From contig CAXXLV010000002.1 of the NCBI GenBank assembly GCA_963664305.2, positions 1,280,001 to 1,344,000 on the forward strand: DNA of 64,000 nucleotides, given 5' to 3'. Position numbers and translations under genes: made by a program. Shown in pieces: positions 29,520 to 40,654 of the stretch (position 1 is its first letter; every line of letters starts with the position of its first letter). The notes under the pieces are model-generated. The model saw nothing but the letters and a program-made list of their open reading frames with translations, did no database searches and had not been told where the DNA came from. The DNA comes from an uncultured Aliarcobacter sp. (GTDB lineage Bacteria; Campylobacterota; Campylobacteria; Campylobacterales; Arcobacteraceae).

Positions 29520-31067
29520 ATGTTTTTTTCATTCAAAAAAAATAAAGATGATGATGCACAATTAAATGCAATCAATGAACACTATGCAGTTATCTTTTTT
29601 AAACCAGATGGCACAATAATAAAAGCAAATGATAATTTTTTAAATGCATTAGGTTACAGTAAAGAAGAGATTGTTGGTAAAAATCACAAAATGTTTTGTG
29701 ATATAAATTTTGTAAAAAGTAAAGATTATTTAGATTTTTGGAATAATTTAAATAAAGGTATCGTACAAACTTCTGAATTTAAAAGAATCAAAAAAAATGG
29801 TGAATCAGTTTATTTACAAGCATCTTACACTCCAATAAAAGATTCAAATGGAAAAGTTTACCAAGTAATTAAATTTGCACAAGATATAACTCAGAAAAAG
29901 TTACAAGCTTTAGATTATAATGGACAAATTCAAGCTATTAGTAAATCTCAAGCAATAATTGAATTTAATCTTGATGGAACAATAATAACTGCAAATGACA
30001 ACTTTTTAAAAACCCTTGGTTACTCTTTAAATGAAATAGTAGGTAAACATCACAGTATTTTTTGTGAAGAGTCTTACAAAAATTCTAATGATTATAAAGA
30101 TTTCTGGAAAAAATTAAATCAAGGTCAATTTGAAGGTGGAGAATTTTTAAGAATTGGTAAAAATGGCAAAAATGTTTGGATTCAAGCAACATATAATCCT
30201 ATCATGGATATAGATGGGAAACCATTCAAAGTTGTAAAATATGCAGTAGATATAACAAATAAAAAAAATACAATGTTTGAAATAGGTGAAAATATACAAA
30301 AATTAACTAATTCATTAAATAATCTTTCATCAGCATCAAATACAATGTCAAAAGAAGCAAAAGTTACAATGGATGGTTCACAAGAAGTTTCAGTATCTTT
30401 AGAGCAAATGAATCAAGCAGTATCTGATTTATCAGAAAAAATTGAATCTATGCTTGCTTCTATAAATAGTATTGCTCAAGAGGCTGCAAATGGTGAAAAG
30501 ATTTCTAAAGATGCAAAAGAACAATCAAAAACAACATCATCAGCTATGATTAGATTAAACGAAGAGTCTGCAAAAATAAGTCAAACGATTAGTATTATCA
30601 CTCAAATTGCATTTCAAACAAATATTTTAAGTCTAAATGCAGCAGTTGAAGCAGCAACTGCTGGAGAAGCAGGAAAAGGATTTGCTGTTGTTGCTGGTGA
30701 AGTAAGAAATCTTGCAACTAGGTCAAATGATGCAGCAAAAGAGATTACAACTGCTGTTGAATATATTCAATCTTTAATAAAAAATTCTTTAGATTCTATA
30801 CATATTATAGATTCAACTATTGAAGAAATAAGTACTATCTCTTCTAAAATATCAAATTCTATGGCTCAACAACAAACTATTTCAAATGCACTTGCAAGTA
30901 GTGCACTTGAAACAAGTCAAGGAATAAATGAAATTTCAAATACTATGATAAATGTTTCTCAAAGTGCAAAAACAACAGAAGATGAAGCAATAGAAACTGT
31001 AAATGCTTCAAAAGAATTGATTAATATTTCTAAAACATTAATCTCAACTTTAAAATCACTCAATTAA
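29520..31067 (+). CDS. Cytoplasmic PAS-PAS chemoreceptor (BdlA-like)
   Basis: Two PAS/PAC repeats, MCP signalling motif, no TM. Confidence 0.92.
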   Translation: MFFSFKKNKDDDAQLNAINEHYAVIFFKPDGTIIKANDNFLNALGYSKEEIVGKNHKMFCDINFVKSKDYLDFWNNLNKGIVQTSEFKRIKKNGESVYLQASYTPIKDSNGKVYQVIKFAQDITQKKLQALDYNGQIQAISKSQAIIEFNLDGTIITANDNFLKTLGYSLNEIVGKHHSIFCEESYKNSNDYKDFWKKLNQGQFEGGEFLRIGKNGKNVWIQATYNPIMDIDGKPFKVVKYAVDITNKKNTMFEIGENIQKLTNSLNNLSSASNTMSKEAKVTMDGSQEVSVSLEQMNQAVSDLSEKIESMLASINSIAQEAANGEKISKDAKEQSKTTSSAMIRLNEESAKISQTISIITQIAFQTNILSLNAAVEAATAGEAGKGFAVVAGEVRNLATRSNDAAKEITTAVEYIQSLIKNSLDSIHIIDSTIEEISTISSKISNSMAQQQTISNALASSALETSQGINEISNTMINVSQSAKTTEDEAIETVNASKELINISKTLISTLKSLN

Positions 31068-31513
31068 TTGAGTGATTTTGAATCTATCAAATTTTTAACA
31101 CAAATATCAATCATTTCAAAAACTTTATCAAAACCTTCAAAACCATCAAAAAAATATGGGTCAGGAACACAAGCTCCATCAAAACCAAAATCTCCAAGTT
31201 TTAAAGGATTTATACATCCTAGATTTTTTAGATTTGAAATATTACTATTATCAAGTCCGACAATTAAATCAAATCGCTTAAAATCATCTTTTTTAACTTG
31301 TCTTGCCCTTTGAGTTGAAATATCAACACCATTTTGTAAAGCAACTTTTATTGAATTTTCACAAGGAGGTTCACCAATATGCCAAGAACCAGTTCCAGCA
31401 CTCTCAATTTCTATATCTAAATTTTTTTCCAAAATATATTTTTTTGCAATTCCCTCAGCAAGAGGTGAACGACAAATATTTCCTAAACATACAAATAAAA
31501 TTGATTTTCCCAT
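31064..31513 (-). CDS. Low-molecular-weight protein tyrosine phosphatase
   Basis: [11 protein letters not shown]-loop, DPY. Confidence 0.93.
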   Translation of the reverse strand: MGKSILFVCLGNICRSPLAEGIAKKYILEKNLDIEIESAGTGSWHIGEPPCENSIKVALQNGVDISTQRARQVKKDDFKRFDLIVGLDNSNISNLKNLGCINPLKLGDFGFDGACVPDPYFFDGFEGFDKVFEMIDICVKNLIDSKSLN

Positions 31514-31707
31514 TAGAATTCATTTCCTTCTATACTATTATATGAATATGTTTTTATCTCTTTATCCTCAACTATATAAGTGATTTCTATTGGTCTACAA
31601 CAAACTTCACAATCTTCAACTATTGTTGTAGGTTCATAAACTCCTGTGTCTAATAAAATTGAAATTGCTTGTAAACAATATGGACATTGTATATGTATCT
31701 CTTCCAT
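31513..31707 (-). CDS. CPXCG-type cysteine-rich small protein
   Basis: CPYC...EDCEVCCRP. Confidence 0.85.
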   Translation of the reverse strand: MEEIHIQCPYCLQAISILLDTGVYEPTTIVEDCEVCCRPIEITYIVEDKEIKTYSYNSIEGNEF

Positions 31708-31775
31708 CTTTTTTCCTTTATTTCTTTAAAGTCTAAAATATGTTAATATTCCTCAAAAATTTCAAAGGATATATC

Positions 31776-31937
31776 ATAGCTACTTGTAAAAATTGTAAAA
31801 ATGAAATCGAACCAAAAAAAAGACAATGCCCATACTGTGGAATTTTAAACCCAACAGTAACCCTAAAAGATGTTTTTGTAGGAATGGCTATAGTACTTTT
31901 TGTTATGAGTATCGTTACATATTTTGTAAATAACTAA
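31776..31937 (+). CDS. Small zinc-ribbon membrane protein (start uncertain: ATA at 31776 or ATG at 31740)
   Basis: CKNC..CPYCG plus C-terminal TM; AAGGA 6 nt before in-frame ATA. Confidence 0.6.
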   Translation: MATCKNCKNEIEPKKRQCPYCGILNPTVTLKDVFVGMAIVLFVMSIVTYFVNN

Positions 31938-31939
31938 TT

Positions 31940-32488
31940 TTACCTTCTTATAACTGCGTAAATAAATCCAACAGCCAAACCAATAAAGTGAGCATACCAA
32001 GCTATTGGAAGTCCAATTAGTAGTGGTGCCACAGAGATTAATAATATCCAAGTAATTATTCCACTTCTTTGAGCTCTATCATAATATGCAACATATCCTA
32101 AAATTGCACAAATAGCTCCTGAAGCTCCAACTAAATTAACTTGATTATCTAAATAATAGATATATAAGAAAGATAATAAAGAAGTGATAATCCCTGTTAT
32201 AAAATATAAAAGAACTATCTCTTTTTTACCTCTAAATCTCTCTATTAGATTTCCAAACTGCCAAAGTACAAACATATTCATTCCAAGATGAGCTATTCCA
32301 CCGTGTGCAAAAATTGTAGTTAATGGCTGCCACCAAAAGTCATAAACCATAAAATATAAATTTAATCCAAATAATAATCCACCTTGAGGTATGTTTATTT
32401 GAATAATATACATTATTACAGTTATTAATATAATCACATTTGTTGCTGTGAAATCTTTTTTACTAAATCTTTTTAACATTGTTTTCAT
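31940..32488 (-). CDS. Rhomboid family intramembrane serine protease
   Basis: H....H...N, GASG, AHFIG. Confidence 0.9.
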   Translation of the reverse strand: MKTMLKRFSKKDFTATNVIILITVIMYIIQINIPQGGLLFGLNLYFMVYDFWWQPLTTIFAHGGIAHLGMNMFVLWQFGNLIERFRGKKEIVLLYFITGIITSLLSFLYIYYLDNQVNLVGASGAICAILGYVAYYDRAQRSGIITWILLISVAPLLIGLPIAWYAHFIGLAVGFIYAVIRR

Positions 32489-33050
32489 AAGCCTTTATAG
32501 TACAATCTATTCTTCTTTTTATTTCATCTTTATCATATAAATTAAAATCTATATAAAATCTAAAAATCTCTGTTTTATCTGCTTTGAATGAAGTCATTAT
32601 ACTTCCAGAACAAATTTTACACTCTTTTGATTTTTTATTTGGGTCTTTTTTGTCATTTTCAATTATTTCGTAATCTATAGTTAAAAATTTGTTTATATCT
32701 TCTTTTGGCTTAGATGAAATTGCATCAATATAAAAACTATTGATTTCATTTAAACTAACAAACTCTTCAATAATTGATTTTGAATATACAGATTTAACAT
32801 ATTGACCATTTAGTTTATAAAAACCTTTATCTAAAGCTTTTATTGAATCATTTAAAAGTTTTTGATTGAATACTTTTGAAGTAGAATAAATCTCTTTTTC
32901 GCAAGAAAGAGGAATAACTTCCTCTTTTGTTATTGGTCTATCACCAACGATATACGTTGAATATAAAACAATGATTATAGAAATCATTGCGATAGAGGCT
33001 AATGTAAAAAAATTATTTACAACTAGACTCTGTCGTCTTATTTTCTTCAT
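32463..33050 (-). CDS. Hypothetical membrane-anchored protein
   Basis: 195-aa ORF coupled to lon and rhomboid, N-terminal TM. Confidence 0.65.
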   Translation of the reverse strand: MKKIRRQSLVVNNFFTLASIAMISIIIVLYSTYIVGDRPITKEEVIPLSCEKEIYSTSKVFNQKLLNDSIKALDKGFYKLNGQYVKSVYSKSIIEEFVSLNEINSFYIDAISSKPKEDINKFLTIDYEIIENDKKDPNKKSKECKICSGSIMTSFKADKTEIFRFYIDFNLYDKDEIKRRIDCTIKAYENNVKKI

Positions 33051-33051
33051 T

Positions 33052-35472
33052 TTAATTTTCCAAAGCCTCTTTTAATACATCTTCGATTGTATCAACAGCT
33101 TTTATTTCCATTGCACTTTTAACTTCTTCAGGAATTTCATCTAAATCTCTGTCAAAGTTCTTTCTTGGAACTAAGGCTTTTTTCATTTTTGCTTTATATG
33201 CTGCAATTAGTTTCTCTTTTAATCCACCAATTGGTAAAACTTTACCAGAAAGTGTAAGTTCTCCTGTCATTGCAACATCAGCTTTTATAGCTTTTTCACT
33301 TAAAACTGAAGCCATTGCAAGTGCCATTGTTATACCAGCACTTGGTCCATCTTTAGGTGTCGCACCTTCTGGAATATGTAAGTGAATATCGTATCTTTTA
33401 TAAACTTCACTTGAATCAATTTTTTCTTTTTCTTCCTCTTCTTTGAAAGATTTTGGAATTATTTTATCATTGATTTTTAGAGTTTTATTATCAATTAATA
33501 CTTTTACAACTGAATAAGAAATTCTTGAAGATTCTTTCATTACATCACCAAGATTTCCTGTTACACTTAAACTACCTTTTCCTTTTAGTTTAATTGCTTC
33601 AATTTTTAAAACATCTCCACCAACTGCTGTCCAAGCTAGTCCATTTGCAATTCCAACAGAATTTTTCTTTTCAGCTGGGTCAATTTCAAAAATTGGATTA
33701 TCTAAATATGTTTTTAAATCTTTTGTTCCAATAGTTACTTTTTCAATTGTTGAATCATTTAAAATTTGTTTTACTACTTTTCTAAATAATTTAGAGAAAA
33801 CTCTTCTTAAATTTCTAACTCCAGCTTCTCTTGTATATTTTGAAATAATCATCTCAATAGTAGCTTTATTTAAACTAACCTCAGTTTTTTTAAGTCCATG
33901 TTTTTCTAACTCTTGAGGAATTAAATAATCTTTTGCAATGTGATATTTTTCATTTGGTGTATATGAAGAAATTTCAATGAACTCCATTCTATCTCTAAGT
34001 GGTGCTGGAATTCTTCTAGCATCATTTGCCGTTGAAACAAAAATTACTTGAGATAAATCAACTGGGAAATTTAAATATAAATCTCTAAATTCATGATTTT
34101 GCTCAGGGTCTAAAATTTCAAGCATTACTGCTGTTGGGTCACCTCTATGGTTAGCTCCTAGTTTATCAATTTCATCTAAAACCATAACTGGATTCATTTT
34201 TTTAGCGTCAATTAATCCTTTGATTAATCTTCCTGGCATCGCTCCAACATATGTTCTTCTATGTCCTCTTAATTCATTAACATCTTCCATTCCACCTAAA
34301 GCTATTCTAATAAGTGGTCTTTGTAATGCTTTTGCAATAGAGTTTGCTAAAGAAGTTTTACCAACACCTGGAGGTCCCACAAAACATAAAACAGTACCTT
34401 TTGATTTTAAATCTTCAATTTTTCTTTGTTCTAATAACTGTTTTACTGCGAAATATTCTGAAATTCTCTCTTTTGGTTTTAATAAAGAGTAATGATCTTC
34501 ATTTAATTGATCTTCAACGCTTTTTACTGATATTTTTTCATTTGCATATTCACCAAATGGAATATCTAAAACTTGTTCTACATAAGTTTGTAAAAGCGAA
34601 GCATCAGGAGAATCTTGATTCATTCTACTTAATTTTTCAATCTGTTTTTTTGTCTCTTTATATGCTTCTCTTGGCATAAACTCTTTTTTAGATTTTAATC
34701 TCTTTTTATAAGCTTTTATCTCTTCATCTTTTTGGTTATCACCACCAAGCTCTTTTTGAATAGCTTTTATTTGCTCTTTTAAGAAATAATCTTTATGAGT
34801 TTTTTCTATTTTTGAGTTAACTTTTTGTGTTATCTCTTTTTGGATTTTAAATGATTCTATCTCTTTTTTAATCTCTTCAATAATATCAAGTAATCTTTGT
34901 TCTACATTTGTTTGTGAGAAAAGTTTATAAGCTTCATCTTTTTTTACTTTTAAAACTGATGAAATTAAATCTGCAATTCTTGTAGCATCATCATTTTCTT
35001 CAATTGTTTTTACTAAATCAGCGGGGAATTTTGTATTTAATCTTGATAATTTTTTAACATTTTCAATTAAAACTTCAATTACTGATTTAATATTTTCTTC
35101 ATTTATCTCTTCAGTTTTTAAAATATCAACTTTTGCAAAAAGTGCATCTTCTGTATTAAAATCTAAAATTCTACCTTTTGCTAAACCTTGGAAAAGTACT
35201 TTTATTTTACCATCTGGTAAAGATACTTTTCTCATAATATTTCCAACTACTCCAACATCGTAAAAAGAATCAGTTTCTCTTTTGCCTTCTTTTCCGTGTT
35301 TAGAAACAGTAACCATAACTAATTTATTGTGTTCTATTGCATACTCAACTGCTTTTATATTATGCTCATTGCTTAAAAAAAGAGGAGCAATCATAAAAGG
35401 GTATAAAAATATATCATCTTCAATAATTAAAGGTATAGTTTGTGGAAATTCATCATAATTTTCTAATTCCAT
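33052..35472 (-). CDS. lon: ATP-dependent protease La
   Basis: GPPGVGKT, RGHRRTYVGAMPG, LDEIDK, PKDGPSAG. Confidence 0.98.
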   Translation of the reverse strand: MELENYDEFPQTIPLIIEDDIFLYPFMIAPLFLSNEHNIKAVEYAIEHNKLVMVTVSKHGKEGKRETDSFYDVGVVGNIMRKVSLPDGKIKVLFQGLAKGRILDFNTEDALFAKVDILKTEEINEENIKSVIEVLIENVKKLSRLNTKFPADLVKTIEENDDATRIADLISSVLKVKKDEAYKLFSQTNVEQRLLDIIEEIKKEIESFKIQKEITQKVNSKIEKTHKDYFLKEQIKAIQKELGGDNQKDEEIKAYKKRLKSKKEFMPREAYKETKKQIEKLSRMNQDSPDASLLQTYVEQVLDIPFGEYANEKISVKSVEDQLNEDHYSLLKPKERISEYFAVKQLLEQRKIEDLKSKGTVLCFVGPPGVGKTSLANSIAKALQRPLIRIALGGMEDVNELRGHRRTYVGAMPGRLIKGLIDAKKMNPVMVLDEIDKLGANHRGDPTAVMLEILDPEQNHEFRDLYLNFPVDLSQVIFVSTANDARRIPAPLRDRMEFIEISSYTPNEKYHIAKDYLIPQELEKHGLKKTEVSLNKATIEMIISKYTREAGVRNLRRVFSKLFRKVVKQILNDSTIEKVTIGTKDLKTYLDNPIFEIDPAEKKNSVGIANGLAWTAVGGDVLKIEAIKLKGKGSLSVTGNLGDVMKESSRISYSVVKVLIDNKTLKINDKIIPKSFKEEEEKEKIDSSEVYKRYDIHLHIPEGATPKDGPSAGITMALAMASVLSEKAIKADVAMTGELTLSGKVLPIGGLKEKLIAAYKAKMKKALVPRKNFDRDLDEIPEEVKSAMEIKAVDTIEDVLKEALEN

Positions 35473-35513
35473 TTTTATTTAACTCCTAAAATCTTTATTA
35501 TTCCGTTTTGAAA

Positions 35514-36167
35514 TTATTCAAAAATTGATCTGTAGAAAGGAACTTTTACTGGTTCAATTTCTGCAGGATTTATCCAAGATTCTTTAACTTTTTGATCATA
35601 AAATGCTGCTGCTGCTTCTTTATCTCTTCTTACATAAAGTTCAGCAATTTCATTATCAAATGATGCTTTTGCCATAAATAATCTTGAATTTATTGTATCA
35701 ACTAAAGGCATATATGGTGAGTTTCTATATTTAGATTTAAACTCTTGAATTTGAGCGATTGTATCATCAACTAATTGTTGATCTCTAAATTGGTATTTAA
35801 ATCCTAAAAAGTTCGCTTTAATTTTTAAATATCTTGCATAATCTATATCTTTACTTAAACTAAATCTCTTGATATATTCATCTAAATAGAAGTTTGCTAA
35901 TGCATACTCTTCTTCATCTATATGTCCATTTACTAAAATAAGTATAGCACTTGGAATAAAAGGAGAATTTCTATGTTCACTCTCTAAAGAAGTATAAGTA
36001 TCATCTGCTTTATCTAAGTCGCCTGATGCAATTTGCTTCATCATTTTGTTATACCAATATATTGCAGGTTTATTATATTCTTCTTCCTCTTTTGAAGAAC
36101 AAGCAGATAAAACAAAGGCTGTACAAGCTATCAATAATAAATTTTTAAACTTCAAACTTTTTATCAT
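35514..36167 (-). CDS. bamD: Outer membrane assembly lipoprotein BamD
   Basis: Lipobox LSAC, YNKPA.YWY, TPR-like helices, adjacent to lon; start likely MIKS. Confidence 0.85.
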   Translation of the reverse strand: MIKSLKFKNLLLIACTAFVLSACSSKEEEEYNKPAIYWYNKMMKQIASGDLDKADDTYTSLESEHRNSPFIPSAILILVNGHIDEEEYALANFYLDEYIKRFSLSKDIDYARYLKIKANFLGFKYQFRDQQLVDDTIAQIQEFKSKYRNSPYMPLVDTINSRLFMAKASFDNEIAELYVRRDKEAAAAFYDQKVKESWINPAEIEPVKVPFYRSIFE

Positions 36168-36272
36168 TTTAATATCCTTTCTCATAAAAGTAGTATTCTA
36201 TCTAATAGTTGCTTATTATTTTGGTTATTCAATTTATATAAAAGAAATTTAATAAGAATAATTGATAAATAA

Positions 36273-38264
36273 TTAGTTTTTATAATTAAAATTATGTAAT
36301 TTATCATACTCTTCAACAAAAACTATATTTTTACCATTTACTTTTGCTTTATAAAGTAATTCATCTGAATATTTATATAAAACAGATTGTTCTATACTTT
36401 GGAAATATTTTGTAAAATCAACATAAACAACTCCTATTGAAACAGTAACAAATTGTGATGCTAGATTTTTTTCATGTTTTATTTCTAATTCTTCTACAGA
36501 TTTTCTTAATTTATCAGAAAATAAAAATATATTATCCTTTTGAGATGTTGTAAAGATTGCACTAAACTCTTCACCACCCATTCTAAATGCAAAATCACCT
36601 TCTCTTTTAAAGTTTTCTAATAATACTTTACTTATAGATTCAAGGACAACATCTCCTTCTTGATGCCCAAATGTATCATTATAAAGTTTAAAATAATCCA
36701 CATCCATTGTAAGTAAACAAAAAATTGTTCTATCATTTTTTGCTCTATTTAACTCTTTATAAAATATTTCATTAAAATATCTTCTATTATACAGTTTTGT
36801 TAATGGGTCAGTTATTGAAAGATTTTCAATATATTTTTTATCTGTTATATCATGTCTAATTGCATAATATCCAATAATATTTCCATTATTATCATAATCA
36901 GGATAAATCGTAGAATCTGTCCAATAAAAACTTCCCCCTTTCGTTTTATTTTTTACTTCTGATTTCCATATATTACCACTTGTAATTGTTTTCCATAAAT
37001 CTTCATAAACTTCAATTGGTGTATCTTCATGCCTCATTACAACATGAGATTGACCCAATAATTCATCAATTGAGAAACCTGAAATTCTACAAAATGCTTT
37101 ACTTACACTTGTAATTTTTCCTTCCAAATCTGTTCTTGAAATCATTATATTTTCATTCACAAGAGTTACATATTTTTTTAATTTTTGATGAACTTCTTTT
37201 ATTGCAGAAATATCAATACCAATTGAAACTATATACTCTACTTTCCCATATTCATCAAATATAAAACTATTTGACCAAGTATGTAAAGGACTATCTTCAA
37301 ATTTTGAAATTAATGAATTTTCATACTCTTTTGGATAATTTTCAATATTTTGTTCTGTAATCTTTTGTTTTACATTTTTATTTATATAAATATCCCATAC
37401 AAATTTCTCTTCTAATTCAGATTTTGTATATCCTGTTAGATTATTAACCCTTTCATTTATACTTACAACTTTATAGTTGTTATCTAAAATTATTATTGCA
37501 CAGTTTGTGTTATTAAAAAGAGCATTATGAAAACTTATTTCTTGCCTTAAATTTTTTGCTGTTTGTTTAAGTTGATAATTTCTTTCAAAAATTTTTTCTT
37601 GCATTGTTGATAATGCATTTGTTAAAATAGAAACTTCATCTATTATTTTCATATCTTTTTGTATATATAACTTTTCATTATTTGAAATTTTTTCAGCCAA
37701 ATTTGTCAAAACAGTAAGTCTTTTTGTAAGCCTATAACCTACAAGAAAAGCAATTAATGTACTAAATAAAATTTCTAATATTATTAGAAAAAAAGTCCTA
37801 TTTTCATTATCTGTAATAATTTTATTTATATCTGACAATTCATATAAAACTTGTACATTTGCTAATTTTTGTTCATCTAAAATTATTGGAAAAGATTTTA
37901 ATTGAAATATTCTTCCTTCTTTTTGAATATTTGAAATATTTTCATCAAAAATATTTTTAAATTCATTATTATCATTGAAATGCGAAAGTAAAATATTTTT
38001 TGTATTTACAATCCTAACTGCAACAATATGATTTAACTTACTAAAGCTACTAACTGCATTATCAATAGTTGCTAAATCATTTACTAATAAAGGAGTTTTT
38101 ATAATTTCAGCAAATAATTTACTACTTGATTCAATATTTACATTTGTAAGAGAATCTGATAAACTTTTTGATGAAGAAAAGTTATAAAATACAATTAAAG
38201 AGATAAAAAACAACTCAATTGTTACAAAAGATAAAATAAATTTGTATTTAAAAGATAATCTCAT
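36273..38264 (-). CDS. Membrane diguanylate cyclase (periplasmic domain-HAMP-PAS-PAS-GGDEF)
   Basis: Two TMs, two PAS, DPLT, RxxD I-site REGD, GGEEF. Confidence 0.92.
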   Translation of the reverse strand: MRLSFKYKFILSFVTIELFFISLIVFYNFSSSKSLSDSLTNVNIESSSKLFAEIIKTPLLVNDLATIDNAVSSFSKLNHIVAVRIVNTKNILLSHFNDNNEFKNIFDENISNIQKEGRIFQLKSFPIILDEQKLANVQVLYELSDINKIITDNENRTFFLIILEILFSTLIAFLVGYRLTKRLTVLTNLAEKISNNEKLYIQKDMKIIDEVSILTNALSTMQEKIFERNYQLKQTAKNLRQEISFHNALFNNTNCAIIILDNNYKVVSINERVNNLTGYTKSELEEKFVWDIYINKNVKQKITEQNIENYPKEYENSLISKFEDSPLHTWSNSFIFDEYGKVEYIVSIGIDISAIKEVHQKLKKYVTLVNENIMISRTDLEGKITSVSKAFCRISGFSIDELLGQSHVVMRHEDTPIEVYEDLWKTITSGNIWKSEVKNKTKGGSFYWTDSTIYPDYDNNGNIIGYYAIRHDITDKKYIENLSITDPLTKLYNRRYFNEIFYKELNRAKNDRTIFCLLTMDVDYFKLYNDTFGHQEGDVVLESISKVLLENFKREGDFAFRMGGEEFSAIFTTSQKDNIFLFSDKLRKSVEELEIKHEKNLASQFVTVSIGVVYVDFTKYFQSIEQSVLYKYSDELLYKAKVNGKNIVFVEEYDKLHNFNYKN

Positions 38265-38265
38265 T

Positions 38266-39081
38266 TTACTCTTTTGGTAAAGTTAATTTTTCAGCTAAAT
38301 CTCTTATTATATCGTACTTATTATCATCTGTTTTGATAATATTTTCTATATTAATTTTTTCTAATAAATTTTGAGGAATATTAAGAAATGCTTTCTCAAA
38401 TTTTTTTTCCAAATTTTCTGAAATAGATGAATTATAAGCTATTGGATGACTTGGATATGATTGTGTTGTATAAAGAATTTTTAGCGAATCTTTCGTATCA
38501 ATATCAGTTAATGCATTAAAGGTTCTTTCAATTCCTCCACCAACATCCCCTATACCTCTTGATACACCTTTATAAACTGAATCATGAGAATTTACATACT
38601 CAAAAGTTTCATCTTTCTCAATATTAATATCATATTTTTTAAGTAGTTCATATTTTGTAATTATTGTTGCTGCTAATGCATTTGGAGAGGGGAAAAGGAA
38701 TCTTTTCCCTTTTAAATCATTTATATCTTTTATATTACTAGATTTATTTACAACTAAAATACCAACCAAATCTTTAGTTGCTTTAAATTTTGCGATATAT
38801 TTTTGTCTCTTATTTGCGATAACATAATGATAAGGATTCATATATGCAATGTCATAATATCCAGAATAAAGTTTTTCTTCAAATTTAGAAATAGAAGTCT
38901 CAATTTTTAAATCTATCTTTTCTCCTGTTTGTTTTTCCAAATATTGGATAACAGGTTCCCAAGATTTTATAAGAGCCAATGGACTTTGTTGAGGAACAAC
39001 ACCAAATGTTAATGCAAATAAATTTATAGAGATAAATTGTGAGATAAAAAGATAAAAAAGCATTTTTTCCACGAAAAACAA
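38266..39081 (-). CDS. PhnD/phosphonate-type periplasmic substrate-binding protein
   Basis: FGVVPQQS, D.AYMNPYHY, FPSPNA, SHDSVY..V..G, YPSHP. Confidence 0.85.
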   Translation of the reverse strand: MFFVEKMLFYLFISQFISINLFALTFGVVPQQSPLALIKSWEPVIQYLEKQTGEKIDLKIETSISKFEEKLYSGYYDIAYMNPYHYVIANKRQKYIAKFKATKDLVGILVVNKSSNIKDINDLKGKRFLFPSPNALAATIITKYELLKKYDINIEKDETFEYVNSHDSVYKGVSRGIGDVGGGIERTFNALTDIDTKDSLKILYTTQSYPSHPIAYNSSISENLEKKFEKAFLNIPQNLLEKINIENIIKTDDNKYDIIRDLAEKLTLPKE

Positions 39082-39284
39082 CCAAATAATTAATTTTATT
39101 TTATGATAACATATATCTAAAAAATTATAACTAAAATATAAAAATGTCTCTCCCTAAATATAATAATTATTACTTATCATAGATTTTTCTATAAGAAATC
39201 CTTTGTTTTCAAATATTATTTACTTATAGTTAATTAGGTATTATCTGATATAATAATTCAAAAATAATTTAAAAGGCAATATAA

Positions 39285-40049
39285 ATGAAACTTACATTAA
39301 TTGGTAATGGAATTATGGCTCAATCATTAGCAAGAGGACTTATCAAAAATCACGAGGTTGAGATAATAGGTAGAGATGTAGAAAAATTAAAAGTTATTCA
39401 AGAGAAAATGCCTCAAATTACTATAAAAGTTTTAGATGATCAAGAAGATATAACAGGAAAAAATATTTTATTTTGTGTAAAACCTTATGCTTTACAAAGT
39501 GTTTCAGCACGACTTGTTGGAAATGCAAATGTATTATTATCTATTTTAGCTGGAACAAAACTTGAAACTTTAAGAAAACAAATCAAAGCAAAACATTATA
39601 TTAGAACTATGCCAAATATTGCTGCTTCAGTTCAAAATTCAATGACAACTATCACAGGTGACAATGAAGCAAAAACAATTGCAGTAGAAATTTTTTCTAG
39701 TATTGGTCAAGCAATATGGGTTAATACAGAAATTCAACTTGATATTGCAACAGCAATTGCAGGAAGTGGACCAGCTTATTTAGCATTAGTAGCTGAAGCT
39801 TTAGCTGATGGTGCAGTAAAAGCAGGTTTAGAAAGACATTTAAGTATGCAACTAGTTCAAGGTTTATTTAGTGGAACATCTAGTTTACTAAAACATTCTC
39901 ATCCTGCGATTTTAAAAGATTCAGTTATGAGTCCAGGTGGAACAACTGCTGCTGGTTACGCGGAACTTGAAAAAGCTGGTGTAAGAAATGCTATGATAAG
40001 TGCTGTTGAAGCTGCTTTTGAAAAAGCTATCGAACTTGGGAAAAAGTAG
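39285..40049 (+). CDS. proC: Pyrroline-5-carboxylate reductase
   Basis: GNG.MA, VKP, R.MPN, GSGPAY, SPGGTT. Confidence 0.96.
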   Translation: MKLTLIGNGIMAQSLARGLIKNHEVEIIGRDVEKLKVIQEKMPQITIKVLDDQEDITGKNILFCVKPYALQSVSARLVGNANVLLSILAGTKLETLRKQIKAKHYIRTMPNIAASVQNSMTTITGDNEAKTIAVEIFSSIGQAIWVNTEIQLDIATAIAGSGPAYLALVAEALADGAVKAGLERHLSMQLVQGLFSGTSSLLKHSHPAILKDSVMSPGGTTAAGYAELEKAGVRNAMISAVEAAFEKAIELGKK

Positions 40050-40323
40050 TTTTACACTACTTGAAACCTTAATCAGTATCACTTTTTTAATTATTGTCAT
40101 AAGTGGTTTTAAATTTTCCACTTATGATGATGAACAAGAACAAAAAAATTTTATGCTTCTAAATAATTTAGAAAATAGATTTGATACAAATGATTACTCA
40201 CTTTTCTCTAAAAGTACAAAAAATCTCAAAATCATAAAAAATTCAACTATTGTTGAAACTATTACTGTTTCTAAGTATCAATTTGAAAATGAACAAATAA
40301 AGATTTTTAAGTATGAAAAATAG
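40036..40323 (+). CDS. Pseudopilin-like protein (CtsT-like)
   Basis: TTG start; KSS/FTLLETL prepilin-type N-terminus; overlaps proC end. Confidence 0.65.
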   Translation: MGKSSFTLLETLISITFLIIVISGFKFSTYDDEQEQKNFMLLNNLENRFDTNDYSLFSKSTKNLKIIKNSTIVETITVSKYQFENEQIKIFKYEK

Positions 40324-40654
40324 TTTTTCTTTATTTGAAATAATTTTAACTTTAATAATTTCATCAATAGTTATAATCTATTCGACTATTTTTACAAAAG
40401 AGTTACTTTTTCAAAATAAACAAAACCAACAAATAGAAATTGATAAAATAAATTTTCTAGCTACAAAAATCTTTTTTGAAAAACATAAAAATGAATTACA
40501 TAAATTTTCATTTGAAAATAGTAATCTATACTTTGATAATAACTTACTTTTAAAAGATGTAAAAGAGTTTACATTAGATATTAATTCTCAAAAAGTTTCA
40601 ATTTATATAAATTTGAAAAACAATATTATTCAAACATGGGAATTTAATCTATGA
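40313..40654 (+). CDS. Pseudopilin-like protein
   Basis: MKNS/FSLFEII prepilin-type motif. Confidence 0.7.
   Translation: MKNSFSLFEIILTLIISSIVIIYSTIFTKELLFQNKQNQQIEIDKINFLATKIFFEKHKNELHKFSFENSNLYFDNNLLLKDVKEFTLDINSQKVSIYINLKNNIIQTWEFNL

Noticed and set aside
25860..30740. Repeated DNA between the two chemoreceptor genes
   Set aside because: Ordinary conservation of the MCP hairpin tip
33400..33500. Charged insertion in the Lon protease domain
   Set aside because: In frame and, to my knowledge, typical of Campylobacterota Lon; far too short for an intein and without intein motifs
22206..38264. LOV photosensor among the PAS domains (22206, 29520, 36273)
   Set aside because: None has GxNCRFLQ; the motifs are GKNPKIL, GKNHKMF/GKHHSIF and GQSHVVM
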